Below, one piece after another: positions 28,623-41,321 of a stretch of DNA of 64,000 nt. Every line of letters starts with the position of its first letter. The first letter of the stretch is position 1. A model generated the notes under the pieces. It searched no databases, was not told the origin of the DNA, and saw only the letters and a program-made list of their open reading frames with translations. Location: contig OZ243927.1 of the NCBI GenBank assembly GCA_965213925.1, positions 4,520,498 to 4,584,497 of the forward strand, read 5' to 3'. Position numbers and translations under genes: made by a program. The DNA comes from Trueperaceae bacterium (GTDB lineage Bacteria; Deinococcota; Deinococci; Deinococcales; Trueperaceae).

Positions 28623-29807
28623 CTACCCCACTCCCAACACCTTCTCAAATCTCCTTACCACCTCATCCACCTCTTCCTCCGAAATAACAAGAGGCGGCAC
28701 AAACCGAATCACCGTCGCCCCCGCGTTGATCACAATCACGCCCGCGTCGCGCAAAGCAGAAATATAGGGCGCAACCTTCTCTTTAAGCTCCACCCCGAGC
28801 ATCAAGCCGACCCCTCTCACTTCGCGGATTTTCTCAGACTCTAACGCCATCAGCGCCTTGCGGAAGTGATTGCCGACGTGCTTGACGTGCTCCAAAAGGT
28901 CGCGCTCTTCGAACTCTTGCAGAACGGCCAACCCAGCCGCCGACGCGAGCGGGTTGCCGCCGAAGGTCGTGCCGTGTCCGCCTTTGGGCATCCCGGCGGC
29001 GACCTCATTGGTCATGAGAAGTGCGCCGATGGGCACGCCGCCGCCTAAGCCTTTGGCGAGCGTGACCATGTCGGGCTCCAAGAGGTAGTGCTCCGAAGCT
29101 AAGAACGCCCCCGTGCGCCCCACCCCGGACTGAATCTCGTCCATGATGAGGAGTGCGCCGTGGTCTTCGGTAAGGTCGCGGGCGGCTTGCAAGAACTTGC
29201 GCGTCGCGGGGCGGATGCCGCCTTCACCCTGGATGGGCTCTAAGAATACAGCCGCCGTCTCATCTGTCACGGCTTCCTCTAATTTTTCTACATTGTTGTA
29301 AGGAATAAAGTCCACGGTGTCGATAAGCTTGCCGAACGGCTGGCGGTACTTCTTCTCCCAGGTTAGCGAGACCGCGCCCATCGTCCGCCCGGAGAAGCCG
29401 CGCATGGCGGCGACGAAGCGGGTCTTGCCCGTGGCAGCGCGTGCCCATTTCAGCGCCGCCTCATTCACCTCAGAACCGGAATTGGCTAAAAAGACGCGGT
29501 TAAGAGGTGCGGGCACGAAGGTGAAGAGTTTGTCTAAGAAGTCAGCGCGCGTATCGTTCCCAACGTTTTGCGAGAAGGCGATGAGTTTGCCCGCTTGCTC
29601 CGAAATCGCTTTTTGCAACCTCGGATTGGCGTGACCAATACTCGCGACCGCGATGCCCGCCATGCAGTCCAAATACTCCTTGCCCTCGGCGTCCCAAAGT
29701 TTAACGCCCTCGCCGCGCACGAAGACGACGTCGGGTTGCCACAGTCCAGAGTAGTGCTGCGCTTCGCGGTCTAAAATCTCTTGCGTCCGACTTCTCACCT
29801 GCGTCAT
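28623..29807 (-). CDS. lysJ: [LysW]-aminoadipate semialdehyde transaminase (class III PLP)
   Basis: [44 protein letters not shown]. Confidence 0.9.
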   Translation of the reverse strand: MTQVRSRTQEILDREAQHYSGLWQPDVVFVRGEGVKLWDAEGKEYLDCMAGIAVASIGHANPRLQKAISEQAGKLIAFSQNVGNDTRADFLDKLFTFVPAPLNRVFLANSGSEVNEAALKWARAATGKTRFVAAMRGFSGRTMGAVSLTWEKKYRQPFGKLIDTVDFIPYNNVEKLEEAVTDETAAVFLEPIQGEGGIRPATRKFLQAARDLTEDHGALLIMDEIQSGVGRTGAFLASEHYLLEPDMVTLAKGLGGGVPIGALLMTNEVAAGMPKGGHGTTFGGNPLASAAGLAVLQEFEERDLLEHVKHVGNHFRKALMALESEKIREVRGVGLMLGVELKEKVAPYISALRDAGVIVINAGATVIRFVPPLVISEEEVDEVVRRFEKVLGVG

Positions 29808-29854
29808 CTTGACTCCTTAACGTAATCTCATGCACTTAAACCTAAAAATATACA

Positions 29855-30658
29855 CTACGATACTACCGTACCGGCACCTTCTAACGCCCGCCGCACCGAA
29901 CCTTCACCTCGCGCGTCTCCGAAGATCACGCGCTTCACCCCGCCCTGCACCGCCTCGGCTGCGCCTAAAACTTTCTTCTTCATGCGGTCTTGGGCGACCT
30001 CTAAATACTCCTCCACTCTATCCGCCGGAATCTCACGAATCAAACTTGCCTCGTCGGGGAAGTTGCGCAAGAGTCCAGGCACGTTGGAAAGCAGCAAGAG
30101 GGCGTCCGCTTTTAGAGAGGTCGCGACGGCGGCGGCGGCTCTGTCACCATCGACGTTGACGGCGACGCCTTCAAAGCTCGAGCCCGGCGGCGTTAATACA
30201 GGCAGATAACCATTTGAAAGAAGTAGCTCCAACAACCCCGTATTAACCCGCTCCACCGTCCCCGTATGGTCACCGCGCAACACCTTCGTCTTGCCGTTCT
30301 CGACGCTCCGCACCTTGTCCTTATGTTTGCCCTCGAAGATGCGCCCGTCCAGACCCGACAAGCCGACCGCGTTCACGCCCAACCGCTGCAACCGCTCCAC
30401 GATACCCTTATTCACCTTGCCGCAGTAGACCATCTCGAAAATCTCCAGCGTTTCGCGGTCGGTAAAGCGGCTCGTGTAGCCGCTCGGCGAGGTCACGAAC
30501 TTAGGCGGACGTCCTAAAGCCTCCGCAACCCGGTTGGTTTCGGCGCTGCCGCCGTGCACCAGGACAAGTTTTTGCCCCTCTTTCCAAAGTGCCGCGAGGT
30601 CTTCACAGAGCGCCTCGTAATCGATTCCGAGTGAGCCGCCGACTTTGACGACGATCAT
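29855..30658 (-). CDS. lysZ: [LysW]-aminoadipate kinase
   Basis: MIVVKVGGS, VHGGS, SPSGYTSRFTD, NVDGDRAAA, RMKKKV. Confidence 0.94.
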   Translation of the reverse strand: MIVVKVGGSLGIDYEALCEDLAALWKEGQKLVLVHGGSAETNRVAEALGRPPKFVTSPSGYTSRFTDRETLEIFEMVYCGKVNKGIVERLQRLGVNAVGLSGLDGRIFEGKHKDKVRSVENGKTKVLRGDHTGTVERVNTGLLELLLSNGYLPVLTPPGSSFEGVAVNVDGDRAAAAVATSLKADALLLLSNVPGLLRNFPDEASLIREIPADRVEEYLEVAQDRMKKKVLGAAEAVQGGVKRVIFGDARGEGSVRRALEGAGTVVS

Positions 30659-31056
30659 GGGAGAAGCTCCAAAGAGCCGAGCGTCGGCGCTTGCACGAAG
30701 CTGAAGTGCTTGCGGTCGAGCGTGAGCACGCGCCGAATCCGGTGTCTTTCGGCTAGGGCGATGATGTTCGCATCGACGAAACCGATGTCGGCATCTGCGT
30801 ACCTCTCGACTAGAGCGTGAGCAAGTTTTATATCCTTGAGGTCGGCGTTCAAAAATCTCACCTTCTCTTCCGCGACACTCGCTAAAAAGCGCCGCGCCAC
30901 GTGCGAGCCGTAGCGCTGGCTTGCTAGATCGTCCACCTCACAGAGGATGGTGGAGGGAATGAGAAGCGCCTTAGCATAGGGGCGAGCTACCTGGTGGGGG
31001 GGTTCATTTGAGTCGAGCAGGGTGAGCACCCCGCTCGTATCCGCTAAGACGCTCAT
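30655..31056 (-). CDS. vapC: PIN-domain toxin (VapC-like)
   Basis: ADTS, ILCEV, GFVDA and LTLDRKHF supply the acidic tetrad. Confidence 0.88.
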   Translation of the reverse strand: MSVLADTSGVLTLLDSNEPPHQVARPYAKALLIPSTILCEVDDLASQRYGSHVARRFLASVAEEKVRFLNADLKDIKLAHALVERYADADIGFVDANIIALAERHRIRRVLTLDRKHFSFVQAPTLGSLELLP

Positions 31057-31343
31057 GCGGTCTTTTTGCGCTGCTCTTCTCTATAGTGTGCAAAGTCTGC
31101 TTCTATGCGCCGCTGTTTTTCTTCAAGCAGTTCAGCCAGCACCTCTTCACCGCGCTTTGCTAAGTCGCCGCTGCCGCTCGCTATCCCTACCCATTCAGGC
31201 ACGGAGGACCCTTTTTGCCGCTCGCCGATATGTTCACCGAGCACCTCACGGATGAGTTCTGCTTTCGAACGCCCTTCTAGCCGTGCGAGCCGCGTAAGCT
31301 CTCTGTCTACCGATTCGTCAAGATAAACCGTCGTTCGCTTCAT
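31053..31343 (-). CDS. vapB: ribbon-helix-helix (CopG) antitoxin
   Basis: MKRTTVYLDE...GRSKAELIREVL; ATGA overlap with the PIN gene. Confidence 0.88.
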   Translation of the reverse strand: MKRTTVYLDESVDRELTRLARLEGRSKAELIREVLGEHIGERQKGSSVPEWVGIASGSGDLAKRGEEVLAELLEEKQRRIEADFAHYREEQRKKTA

Positions 31344-31356
31344 AACATATATGTTA
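31343..31356. promoter_or_regulatory. palindromic operator overlapping the leaderless -10 and start of vapB
   Basis: Perfect 14-bp palindrome TAACATATATGTTA; minus strand reads TAACAT-N7-ATG. Confidence 0.65.
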
Positions 31357-31362
31357 GCACAC

Positions 31363-31803
31363 CTACTCTAGCGGCTCCTCGTGAACTGACGCCCGTTTCA
31401 TCGTCCGGTCACTCGTCGTCCGCTTAAACCCGAACTGCGTGTAGAGACCGTGCGCGTCTTTCGTGCCGAGTTCCCAGCGGCATGCCGAAAGGTCGGGGTG
31501 ACTCAAGACGATTTTAACGAGCCGCTTGCCCAGACCCCTTCCTTGATAAGCCTCGAGCACAAACACATCCGCTAGATAAGCAAAGGTTGCGTAGTCGGTA
31601 ATGACCCTGGCGAAGCCTATCTGCTTGCCCCCTCGTTCCTCACAGTAAAGTCCGAAGCATTCGGAGTGTTGCAGCGACTTTTTAGTGACCTCTTCTGAAC
31701 GTCCTTGTGCCCAGTACGAGCGTTTCAGATACGCAATGATGACGTCTAGCTCGAGCCTCCCTTTATCCGTACTAATCGTGAACTGTCCGAGCGTTGCGGT
31801 CAC
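31363..31803 (-). CDS. GNAT N-acetyltransferase
   Basis: ISTDKGRLE, SYWA, QIGFARVITDYATFAYLADVFV, QGRGLGK; GTG 31803 overlaps the Uma2 stop. Confidence 0.9.
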   Translation of the reverse strand: MTATLGQFTISTDKGRLELDVIIAYLKRSYWAQGRSEEVTKKSLQHSECFGLYCEERGGKQIGFARVITDYATFAYLADVFVLEAYQGRGLGKRLVKIVLSHPDLSACRWELGTKDAHGLYTQFGFKRTTSDRTMKRASVHEEPLE

Positions 31804-32357
31804 TAAAAACGGATGTCCTCGTAAACCTCTTCGACACTGAGGGTCATAGTGGGGCACTCGAAGGAAATTCCCCCTTCAACGACCTGTGCGCGTTGCCAAC
31901 GCCCCTCAGCGTTCACCCAATGATGTTCGATGAGTTTTTCGTTTTGGTAGACAATGAGATAGGTTTGCAGGCTTTCTATTTGCCGGTACGCCACAAGCTT
32001 TTCGCGTTTATCAATGTGCGCTGTACTGTCTGACAAAACTTCAATAAGTAAACACGGCTCCGTTTCAAAGATGGGATCGCCCTCTTCTTCACGGCAAACA
32101 ACCATCACATCAGGGTAGTAGAAGAAGTCGTCAGAAGGTCGTAATTTGAAGTTCTCGGAGTAGACGCGGCAGGGTCCACCTCTCGAGGCGTTCCACAAAT
32201 GTCCACTTACGTTGCTGATGATGAGGTTGTGACGCCGCGTCGCACCAGCAAGAGCGTAAAGTGTTCCAGCGACGTATTCGTGACGCACCGAGGCTTTCTT
32301 TTCGTACTCGAGATACTCCTCTACGCTCAAGAAATGGTCAGGCAGTGCGTAAGCCAT
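31803..32357 (-). CDS. Uma2-family PD-(D/E)xK endonuclease-like protein
   Basis: RHEYVAG, YYPDVMVVC, IEVLSDST, EKLVAY; leaderless TATAAT-N6-ATG. Confidence 0.9.
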   Translation of the reverse strand: MAYALPDHFLSVEEYLEYEKKASVRHEYVAGTLYALAGATRRHNLIISNVSGHLWNASRGGPCRVYSENFKLRPSDDFFYYPDVMVVCREEEGDPIFETEPCLLIEVLSDSTAHIDKREKLVAYRQIESLQTYLIVYQNEKLIEHHWVNAEGRWQRAQVVEGGISFECPTMTLSVEEVYEDIRF

Positions 32358-32375
32358 AGCGCTATTATAAACGTT

Positions 32376-33560
32376 TTACCCTTTCGCACCCGCTTGCCAC
32401 GCCGCCCTCGTCGCCTTGTTTAGACCTTTCGGCAGCTTGACCTTGTCCGCGTTCAGATACCTTTTGAACCTCTTTACGGCGTCCTCTAAAGCGCTCAGCA
32501 TAGGCGCGTCGGGCTCTGCGTCCTCTTCCCACCACCAACGGAAGAGGTGCCAGGTGTCGTCCGTCAACCTCGAGTCAAAGCGCGCCACAAAACGGTCCCC
32601 GTAGAAAACGGGCACGACGTAGTAGCCCCACTTTCGCTCACGCTCGGGTTTATAAACTTCCCAGATATAGTCGAAGCCGAAAAGGTGCTTGAGGGCTTTG
32701 CGGTCCCACATAAGGCTGTCCAAGGGGGCGAGAAAGGTCATGTGAGGCTCAGGAGGAGACCGCTCGAACACCTCTAAAACGTGAGGTAACGCGTGATAAG
32801 CCTGCCCTTCTATCTCGAGCCTAGTGAGCGCCCCCTCTTCAACGAGCGCGCGGACAAGCTCCTTGCGCTCAGGGCTTTTAGCGGGCAAGCTCCATAGCGC
32901 CGCATCCGCGTTCGGTCTTAGGAGCCCGGCGCTCTGATGGCGGCGCAAGATGAGATAGCGGAGGCGCTCCTCTTTCGAGACCTCTTGCGCTAGATACCGC
33001 TCGGGAATAACCGCTTCGGGCAAGCTGTAGACGTGCCGACCCTTGTCGCGGTGATGGGTGACGATTTGCCCTGTATACCAGAGCGCCCGCAGAATGTTCT
33101 TAACGAGTTTCGGACCGTGCCAGGAGCCGCGCCACCCCTCTACAGGGGCTTGATCGGTGAATTCAAGAGACGACAGTGGACCTCTTGTGCGGAGTTCCCC
33201 CAACGTCGCCGCCACCGCGTCCGCGTGGGGTTTCAGCACGCGCTCAGACCAGCGCGGCGAGAAGTGTTCGTGGTAAACCTTGCGGTACGCCCAATCGGAG
33301 ACGGGAACCAAACACGCTTGCTTGTCCCAGGCGTCGTAGATGAGGCGCTCGCCGGCGTCCCTATACGCGACCTCTTCCCAAGCGTTCACCTCATAGCCCG
33401 GCACCCTCGCCTGTAAGACCAAATCGTGGTTTCGTCCGACCGGGTTTAGGGGGTCATACTGGACGCTGCCCAAACGCCCGAACACACCCCCTATATCGGT
33501 CGGCTCGAGATGGTAATTCGCCAGCAAACGGCGGGCGTCCACTTTGGAGTTGAGCGGCAC
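32376..33560 (-). CDS. YcaQ/AlkZ-family winged-helix DNA crosslink glycosylase
   Basis: VQYDPLNPVGRNHDLVL, LAPLDSLMWDR, FDYIWEVYKP, RKWGYYV; leaderless TAGAAT-N6-GTG. Confidence 0.85.
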   Translation of the reverse strand: MPLNSKVDARRLLANYHLEPTDIGGVFGRLGSVQYDPLNPVGRNHDLVLQARVPGYEVNAWEEVAYRDAGERLIYDAWDKQACLVPVSDWAYRKVYHEHFSPRWSERVLKPHADAVAATLGELRTRGPLSSLEFTDQAPVEGWRGSWHGPKLVKNILRALWYTGQIVTHHRDKGRHVYSLPEAVIPERYLAQEVSKEERLRYLILRRHQSAGLLRPNADAALWSLPAKSPERKELVRALVEEGALTRLEIEGQAYHALPHVLEVFERSPPEPHMTFLAPLDSLMWDRKALKHLFGFDYIWEVYKPERERKWGYYVVPVFYGDRFVARFDSRLTDDTWHLFRWWWEEDAEPDAPMLSALEDAVKRFKRYLNADKVKLPKGLNKATRAAWQAGAKG

Positions 33561-33590
33561 GTCCTCATTCTACGCGCTTTTGGGAAGAGG

Positions 33591-34520
33591 TCAGGCTCTC
33601 GCGTCGGCGTACATCCGTTTGTCCGCCTCGTGCAGAACGTGGTCCAACGTCGTTTCGGCGTCTGCTTGCAAGGTGCCGATGCGCGCACCGATGTTGAGAG
33701 GTCCGACGCTCGAGACGACCGGCTCGCGAAACACCTCTCGCAAGCGCCCGTCGAGATATCCCGAGTCGCTCGCGACGATAAACTCGTCGCCTCCGTAGCG
33801 AAATATAACGTCACCACCGCGCACCGTCCGCCTTAGGCGCTTCGCGATGACCGCGAGCACCTCGTCCCCGACGCTATGCCCGTAAGCATCGTTGATCCGC
33901 TTGAAGCCGCGCAGGTCGATAAACGCTACGTTACAGTCCGAGCAGCGCGCCATGAGCGCGTAGAGTTCATCCACCCCGGCGCGGCGGGCGAGCACGCCTG
34001 TAAGTTCGTCGGTGCGGTGCTGGCGCTGTTCCCAGACGAGCCCGAAGGCAATGACGCTCGCTAAGCCGATGCTCAACGTCTGCGTGAAAATGTAGGTGAG
34101 TGGCATCGTCGTGCTGTCCGCGTGGGAAATGAGGACGAGCCACGCGCTCACGCTATGGATAAGGAGCAAAAGCGGCTTCTCTTTGCGCAGGTTCGTCACT
34201 GTGACACCGATAAGCCAGGCGGGGATGAGCGCTTCGAAGCCGAGTTCATGCGACGGGAGATGCACCACCGCGACGAGCGCGGGCAGGTCGCCCAGGGTGA
34301 GCAGCAGGTCAGATATGTCGGCGTTGCGGCGTTGGAGAAGCGTCGCGAGCACGTAGATAAACGCACTACTCGAGACCGCAGCGAGCGCGTAGCCTGTGTA
34401 ATCTTTGGCGAGAAAGACGATGATCGCCGAGACGATGACGAGGCGCAAACTCAACCTGAGCGTGAAGGTGCGCATTTGGCGCTTTTCCACCCCGAGGCTG
34501 ATGTTTGGCGAACGGCTCAT
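33591..34520 (-). CDS. membrane-bound diguanylate cyclase (GGDEF); start uncertain (34520 or 34475)
   Basis: About 5-6 TM, then TDELTG, FIDLRGFKRINDAYGHSVGD, RYGGDEF, ADKRMY. Confidence 0.88.
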   Translation of the reverse strand: MSRSPNISLGVEKRQMRTFTLRLSLRLVIVSAIIVFLAKDYTGYALAAVSSSAFIYVLATLLQRRNADISDLLLTLGDLPALVAVVHLPSHELGFEALIPAWLIGVTVTNLRKEKPLLLLIHSVSAWLVLISHADSTTMPLTYIFTQTLSIGLASVIAFGLVWEQRQHRTDELTGVLARRAGVDELYALMARCSDCNVAFIDLRGFKRINDAYGHSVGDEVLAVIAKRLRRTVRGGDVIFRYGGDEFIVASDSGYLDGRLREVFREPVVSSVGPLNIGARIGTLQADAETTLDHVLHEADKRMYADARA

Positions 34521-34624
34521 TACATTTGAGTCTAACCCAAAGTATTGTAATACTTTACACGAAGTGACATTTGTCACTTCGTGTAAAAAGTTGACGCGAA
34601 GCTTCCCGGAACCCTCGCCTTTAC

Positions 34625-36108
<1,484 letters not shown>

Positions 36109-36177
36109 AGTCAACACTAACGTATTTAGCCCGGGATTTTACAGCGCAACAGTCTCAATATCCCGCAAACTACCTCT

Positions 36178-36333
36178 ATGTGGGACTTCTTCGGATTTAT
36201 CTTCGACGCGGTGACAGATTTCTTCGCACCTCTTTACAGCGCCGACAAACGCCCCGAAGCCCGCAAAATGACCGTCCAACTTTTTTTCATCGTGACGGTC
36301 ATCTCACTCATCCTCTTTTTACTCCTGCGCTAA
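36178..36333 (+). CDS. small putative membrane protein, 51 aa (not in the ORF track)
   Basis: [52 protein letters not shown]-terminal TM; stop overlaps the lysX stop. Confidence 0.5.
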   Translation: MWDFFGFIFDAVTDFFAPLYSADKRPEARKMTVQLFFIVTVISLILFLLLR

Positions 36334-37226
36334 ACGCTCACCAGTTGACCCGCCGCGTACCGCGCCACCTTCGCAGGAATGTCCACGCCCGTCGTCGCAA
36401 CCGAATTGCGAAACTCCATCGTGTGGTTCACTTCGACGACCAAGAGACCGCGCTCGCTCTCGACCAAGTCAACCGCGACCACGCCACCACCCACCGCCTC
36501 GGCTGCGCGGAGTGAGATGTCTGTCAAAGAATCATAGAGCGGGCAGTTCGTCGCCGTCGCCCCGCGAGCCGTGTTGGTAATCCAATGCTCCGAGTTGCGG
36601 TAGATCGCCGCGACGACCTCGCCGCCGACGACAAAGGCGCGAATATCCCGCCCCGGCTTCTGCACGAACTCCTGAAAGTAGAAGACCTTGTGCTGCGGTC
36701 CGCCCAAGACCTCTTTGTGCTCCAAAACCGCTTCCACCGCGTCTCGGTCGTTGAGCTTCGTGACCATGCGCCCCCACGAGCCGACGACGGGCTTCATGAC
36801 GATGGGGTAGCCGAAGTCCTCACAGATTTCTAAGGCGGACTCACAGGTAAAGGCGATAGCGGTGCGCGGCGTGGGAACGCCAGCCCTTGCCAGCACCGCG
36901 TTCGTCGCAAGTTTGTCCCCACAGGTTTCGATGACGTCAGGTGCGTTCAGAACGGTTGCGCCTAGTGCCGTGAAAATACGGCTAATCGCTAGACCTCTCG
37001 TCTGCGACATGCAACGCTCGATGATTACATCGAAGTGAGCGAGGCTCGAGAGGTCCCCAAAGTCCGCCTTGATGTCGGGCGCGTAGAGCTTTTCAAAGGG
37101 GATGTTCTCGCGCTCCAAAGCGTTAAAAAGCAAGCGCTCTTCGGGACGGAGGCGGTCATAAACGACGGCGAGACGCGGGGTGCTCTGTACAGTTTGTTCT
37201 GCGGGACGTTCCAGGGTTGGAATCAT
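36330..37226 (-). CDS. lysX: alpha-aminoadipate--LysW ligase (ATP-grasp)
   Basis: [48 protein letters not shown]; start ATG 37226. Confidence 0.95.
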   Translation of the reverse strand: MIPTLERPAEQTVQSTPRLAVVYDRLRPEERLLFNALERENIPFEKLYAPDIKADFGDLSSLAHFDVIIERCMSQTRGLAISRIFTALGATVLNAPDVIETCGDKLATNAVLARAGVPTPRTAIAFTCESALEICEDFGYPIVMKPVVGSWGRMVTKLNDRDAVEAVLEHKEVLGGPQHKVFYFQEFVQKPGRDIRAFVVGGEVVAAIYRNSEHWITNTARGATATNCPLYDSLTDISLRAAEAVGGGVVAVDLVESERGLLVVEVNHTMEFRNSVATTGVDIPAKVARYAAGQLVSV

Positions 37227-37294
37227 AGTGATTTGGGGATTCAGCGCTCGAGTATTAGCTTCTATGAAGAGGTCTAATACCGCAGCTAAGCGCT

Positions 37295-37450
37295 TTACTC
37301 TCCCCAATCCTCCTCTTCTTCGGGTGCGTGCTCGAGCTTGAGCGGGTCTACTTTCACCACTTCTAACTCGCTGCCGCAGTCGTCACAGACGATGAGTTCG
37401 CCTTGCTCGAGTCCTTCTGAATCAATTTCGTTGCCGCATTCTGGACACAT
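37295..37450 (-). CDS. lysW: amino-group carrier protein LysW, 51 aa (not in the ORF track)
   Basis: [51 protein letters not shown]; zinc ribbon plus C-terminal EDWGE; RBS AAGGAGA. Confidence 0.97.
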   Translation of the reverse strand: MCPECGNEIDSEGLEQGELIVCDDCGSELEVVKVDPLKLEHAPEEEEDWGE

Positions 37451-37475
37451 GGGTTGATCTCCTTGAATCTTTTAA

Positions 37476-37997
37476 TTACTGCGTTTCACGGTCGGCTTCT
37501 CCTGTTATTTCACCGGGGAAACGCTGATGTTTTCGGTAGAACTCTAAAATCGAGCCTGCTTCCAAAGCCTCACGTAAGAAGTCAGGTGGCGGTGTGAGGT
37601 TGAAGGTCTCGTCACCTCTTTGAATGACGCCCGAGGCAAGATCAAAGCTCACCTCGTCGCCGTCTTGTAGAGCGTTCGGTACGTCCTCAGACTCGAACGC
37701 AGGGATGCCTAAGTTGAGCAAGTTACGGTAGTGAATGCGCGCAAACGACTCCGCGATGATCGCGCCGACGCCTAGCTTTTTAAGGGCTTGCGGGGCGTAT
37801 TCCCTGGATGACCCCAACCCCCAATTGCGCCCGCCGATGAGCAGGTCGCCAGGCTGCACTTCCGATGCAAATTCAGGGCGCATGTGCGCGAAAGCGTAGG
37901 TCTGAAACTTATCCTCACCGACCATGAATGGGGCGTACTTGCCGGGCAGGATGTCGTCCGTATTGATGCTGTCGCCGAAGGTCCAGACTCTAGGCAT
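37476..37997 (-). CDS. lysU: homoaconitase small subunit
   Basis: VWTFGDSINTDDILPGKY, GLGSSREYAP, SFARIHYRN; start ATG 37997. Confidence 0.88.
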   Translation of the reverse strand: MPRVWTFGDSINTDDILPGKYAPFMVGEDKFQTYAFAHMRPEFASEVQPGDLLIGGRNWGLGSSREYAPQALKKLGVGAIIAESFARIHYRNLLNLGIPAFESEDVPNALQDGDEVSFDLASGVIQRGDETFNLTPPPDFLREALEAGSILEFYRKHQRFPGEITGEADRETQ

Positions 37998-38013
37998 GGA
38001 GGTACTCCTTGCG

Positions 38014-38090
38014 GAGAGAAGTAAGAAGCAAGGAGAAAGAAGTGAGAAGAAACCCAATTCTTGCTTCCTGCTTCTTACTTCCTGCTTCTC
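38014..38090. repeat. hairpin of degenerate 7-mer repeats (AGAAGCA / TGCTTCT) inside the lys operon
   Basis: GAGAGAAGTAAGAAGCAAGGAG ... TTCTTGCTTCCTGCTTCTTACTTCCTGCTTCTC. Confidence 0.55.
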
Positions 38091-39335
38091 TAAACATGGA
38101 CGACCTCTCGCTCAGGCAAGCTCAGCGTGCCGTTAAGCGCTGTCGCCGCCGCTACCGCCGGACTCGCCAAGAAAATTTTCGCTTCGGGGCTGCCCATGCG
38201 CCCCATGAAGTTGCGGTTCGAAGTCGAGACGCAGACCTCTCCGGGCGCGAGAACGCCCATGTGACGACCCATACAGGGGCCGCAGCCGGGTGTACCGAAG
38301 GTTGCACCCGCCGCTAAGAGCGTGCCGAACGTGCCGTCCGCCGCCGCTTGCTCCAAGACTTGCGAGCTCGCGGGGATGATGAGCAAGCGCGTTCCTTCTG
38401 CAACGCGCTTGCCGCGTAAGATAGTAGCGACTTCATGTAGATCGTCCAAACGTCCGTTCGTGCACGTGCCGACGAAAACTTGGTCAACGTGTGTGCCGAT
38501 GAAATCTTCTACCGGATGGACGTTATCTACATAAAAAGGAACGGAGACGACAGGGGTGAGGCTCGAGAGGTTAATATCAACCTCTTTGCTGTAGGTTGCT
38601 TTAGGGTCAACCTCGAGCCACTCCGGTGCGTCATACTCCTCTAAAATCTCACCGCTCGGCGGCACGAGCCCGACTTTCGCGCCCGCTTCAACCGCGAGGT
38701 TCGCCAGCGTCATCCGCTCGGACTTCGAGAAGTTTTCTGCGCCGTGATATTCGATACTTGCGTAGGTCGCCCCGTCCGCCGTCAGCGTTTTGATAACCGA
38801 AAGCGCCACGTCTTTCGCGCTCACGCCAGCGGGTCTCTCCCCCACTAAGTTCACCCGGACGGTCTCAGGCACTTTGAGCCAGGTGCGCCCCGACGCTGCC
38901 GCTAATGCGATGTCCGTTGCGCCCATGCCCGTCCCGAACGCGCAGACTGCGCCGTACGTCGTCGAGTGCGAATCCGACCCCAGCACAATCCAACCCGGAC
39001 GCGCTAAGCCCTCTTCCATCAACACTTGGTGACAGATGCCGCGCCCGATATCAAACACACGGATGCCTTTTTCTTTCGCGTAGCTGCGCAGGTTTTTCTG
39101 CGTCGTCGCCACTTCCACATTTGACGCAGGGGCAACATGGTCGATGACGAAGCAGACCCGCTCAGGGTGCTTGACCTCTCCGCCCAAACTCTCCTCGATG
39201 ACGCGAATCGCGCTCGGCGCAATCGAGTCCACGACCATCACCTGGTCCACCTCGACCACCGCGAGTTCGCCCGCTTGTACGCGCTTACCTGAGCGCACGG
39301 AGAGAATGCGTTCAGCGAGCGTTAGACCAGAGAGA

Positions 39336-39340
<5 letters not shown>
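38090..39340 (-). CDS. lysT: homoaconitase large subunit
   Basis: GICHQV, GSDSHSTTYGA, GTCTNGR, PGCGPCMG, STSNRNF. Confidence 0.9.
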
Positions 39341-40731
<1,391 letters not shown>

Positions 40732-40884
40732 CCCGATAAATTGCGTCTACGACGGGTTTTTTCATACCTTTCGAAGGCTTATACAAGAACTCACAGACGA
40801 CTTCAAAGCGGTTTATTCAACGGCTTCAGAATACAAGTGAGAAAGCCGATCAAGCTTAAAAACCGAAAGTCAGCAAGTTTATCT

Positions 40885-41289
40885 TTAACTGTACGAATCA
40901 ACACGCCAAAGACCGCTCTCGAGCCTCTCTGCCCCCGGCTCTTTTAACCGCTCCTCATCCAAATAGAGATACGCCCAGACCTCTTTATTCAGCGGATACG
41001 CCGTCGTTTTGATGCGCTCGTATTCAGGCGGGTTCCAGTGGCAGCCCTCGAGTTCGTCCAAAAGCGGCAGTGCCTGTTCGATATTTTCAAAGGTGAAGAC
41101 GTTGCCGTGAACTTTTCCTCGACCTCTCGTGATGGCGGGGTAGCCTTCGGGCTCTAAGTGATAGAGCGTGAAGCCTCCGATATAGGCGTCCTGAGAGGTG
41201 AAGTCTCCACCTCTTTGCGCGACGCTGTGGTAGCGCCCGCCGGGTTTGAGGGTGCCGTAGACGAAGACATGGGGGGCAAGGTCAGTCAA
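40885..41289 (-). CDS. gamma-glutamylcyclotransferase family (GGACT/AIG2-like)
   Basis: VFVYGTLKPG, YPAI, LDELEG, WAYLY. Confidence 0.88.
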   Translation of the reverse strand: MTDLAPHVFVYGTLKPGGRYHSVAQRGGDFTSQDAYIGGFTLYHLEPEGYPAITRGRGKVHGNVFTFENIEQALPLLDELEGCHWNPPEYERIKTTAYPLNKEVWAYLYLDEERLKEPGAERLESGLWRVDSYS

Positions 41290-41321
41290 GAGGGTGGCTC
41301 GAGTTCAAGGAGCTGAACACT

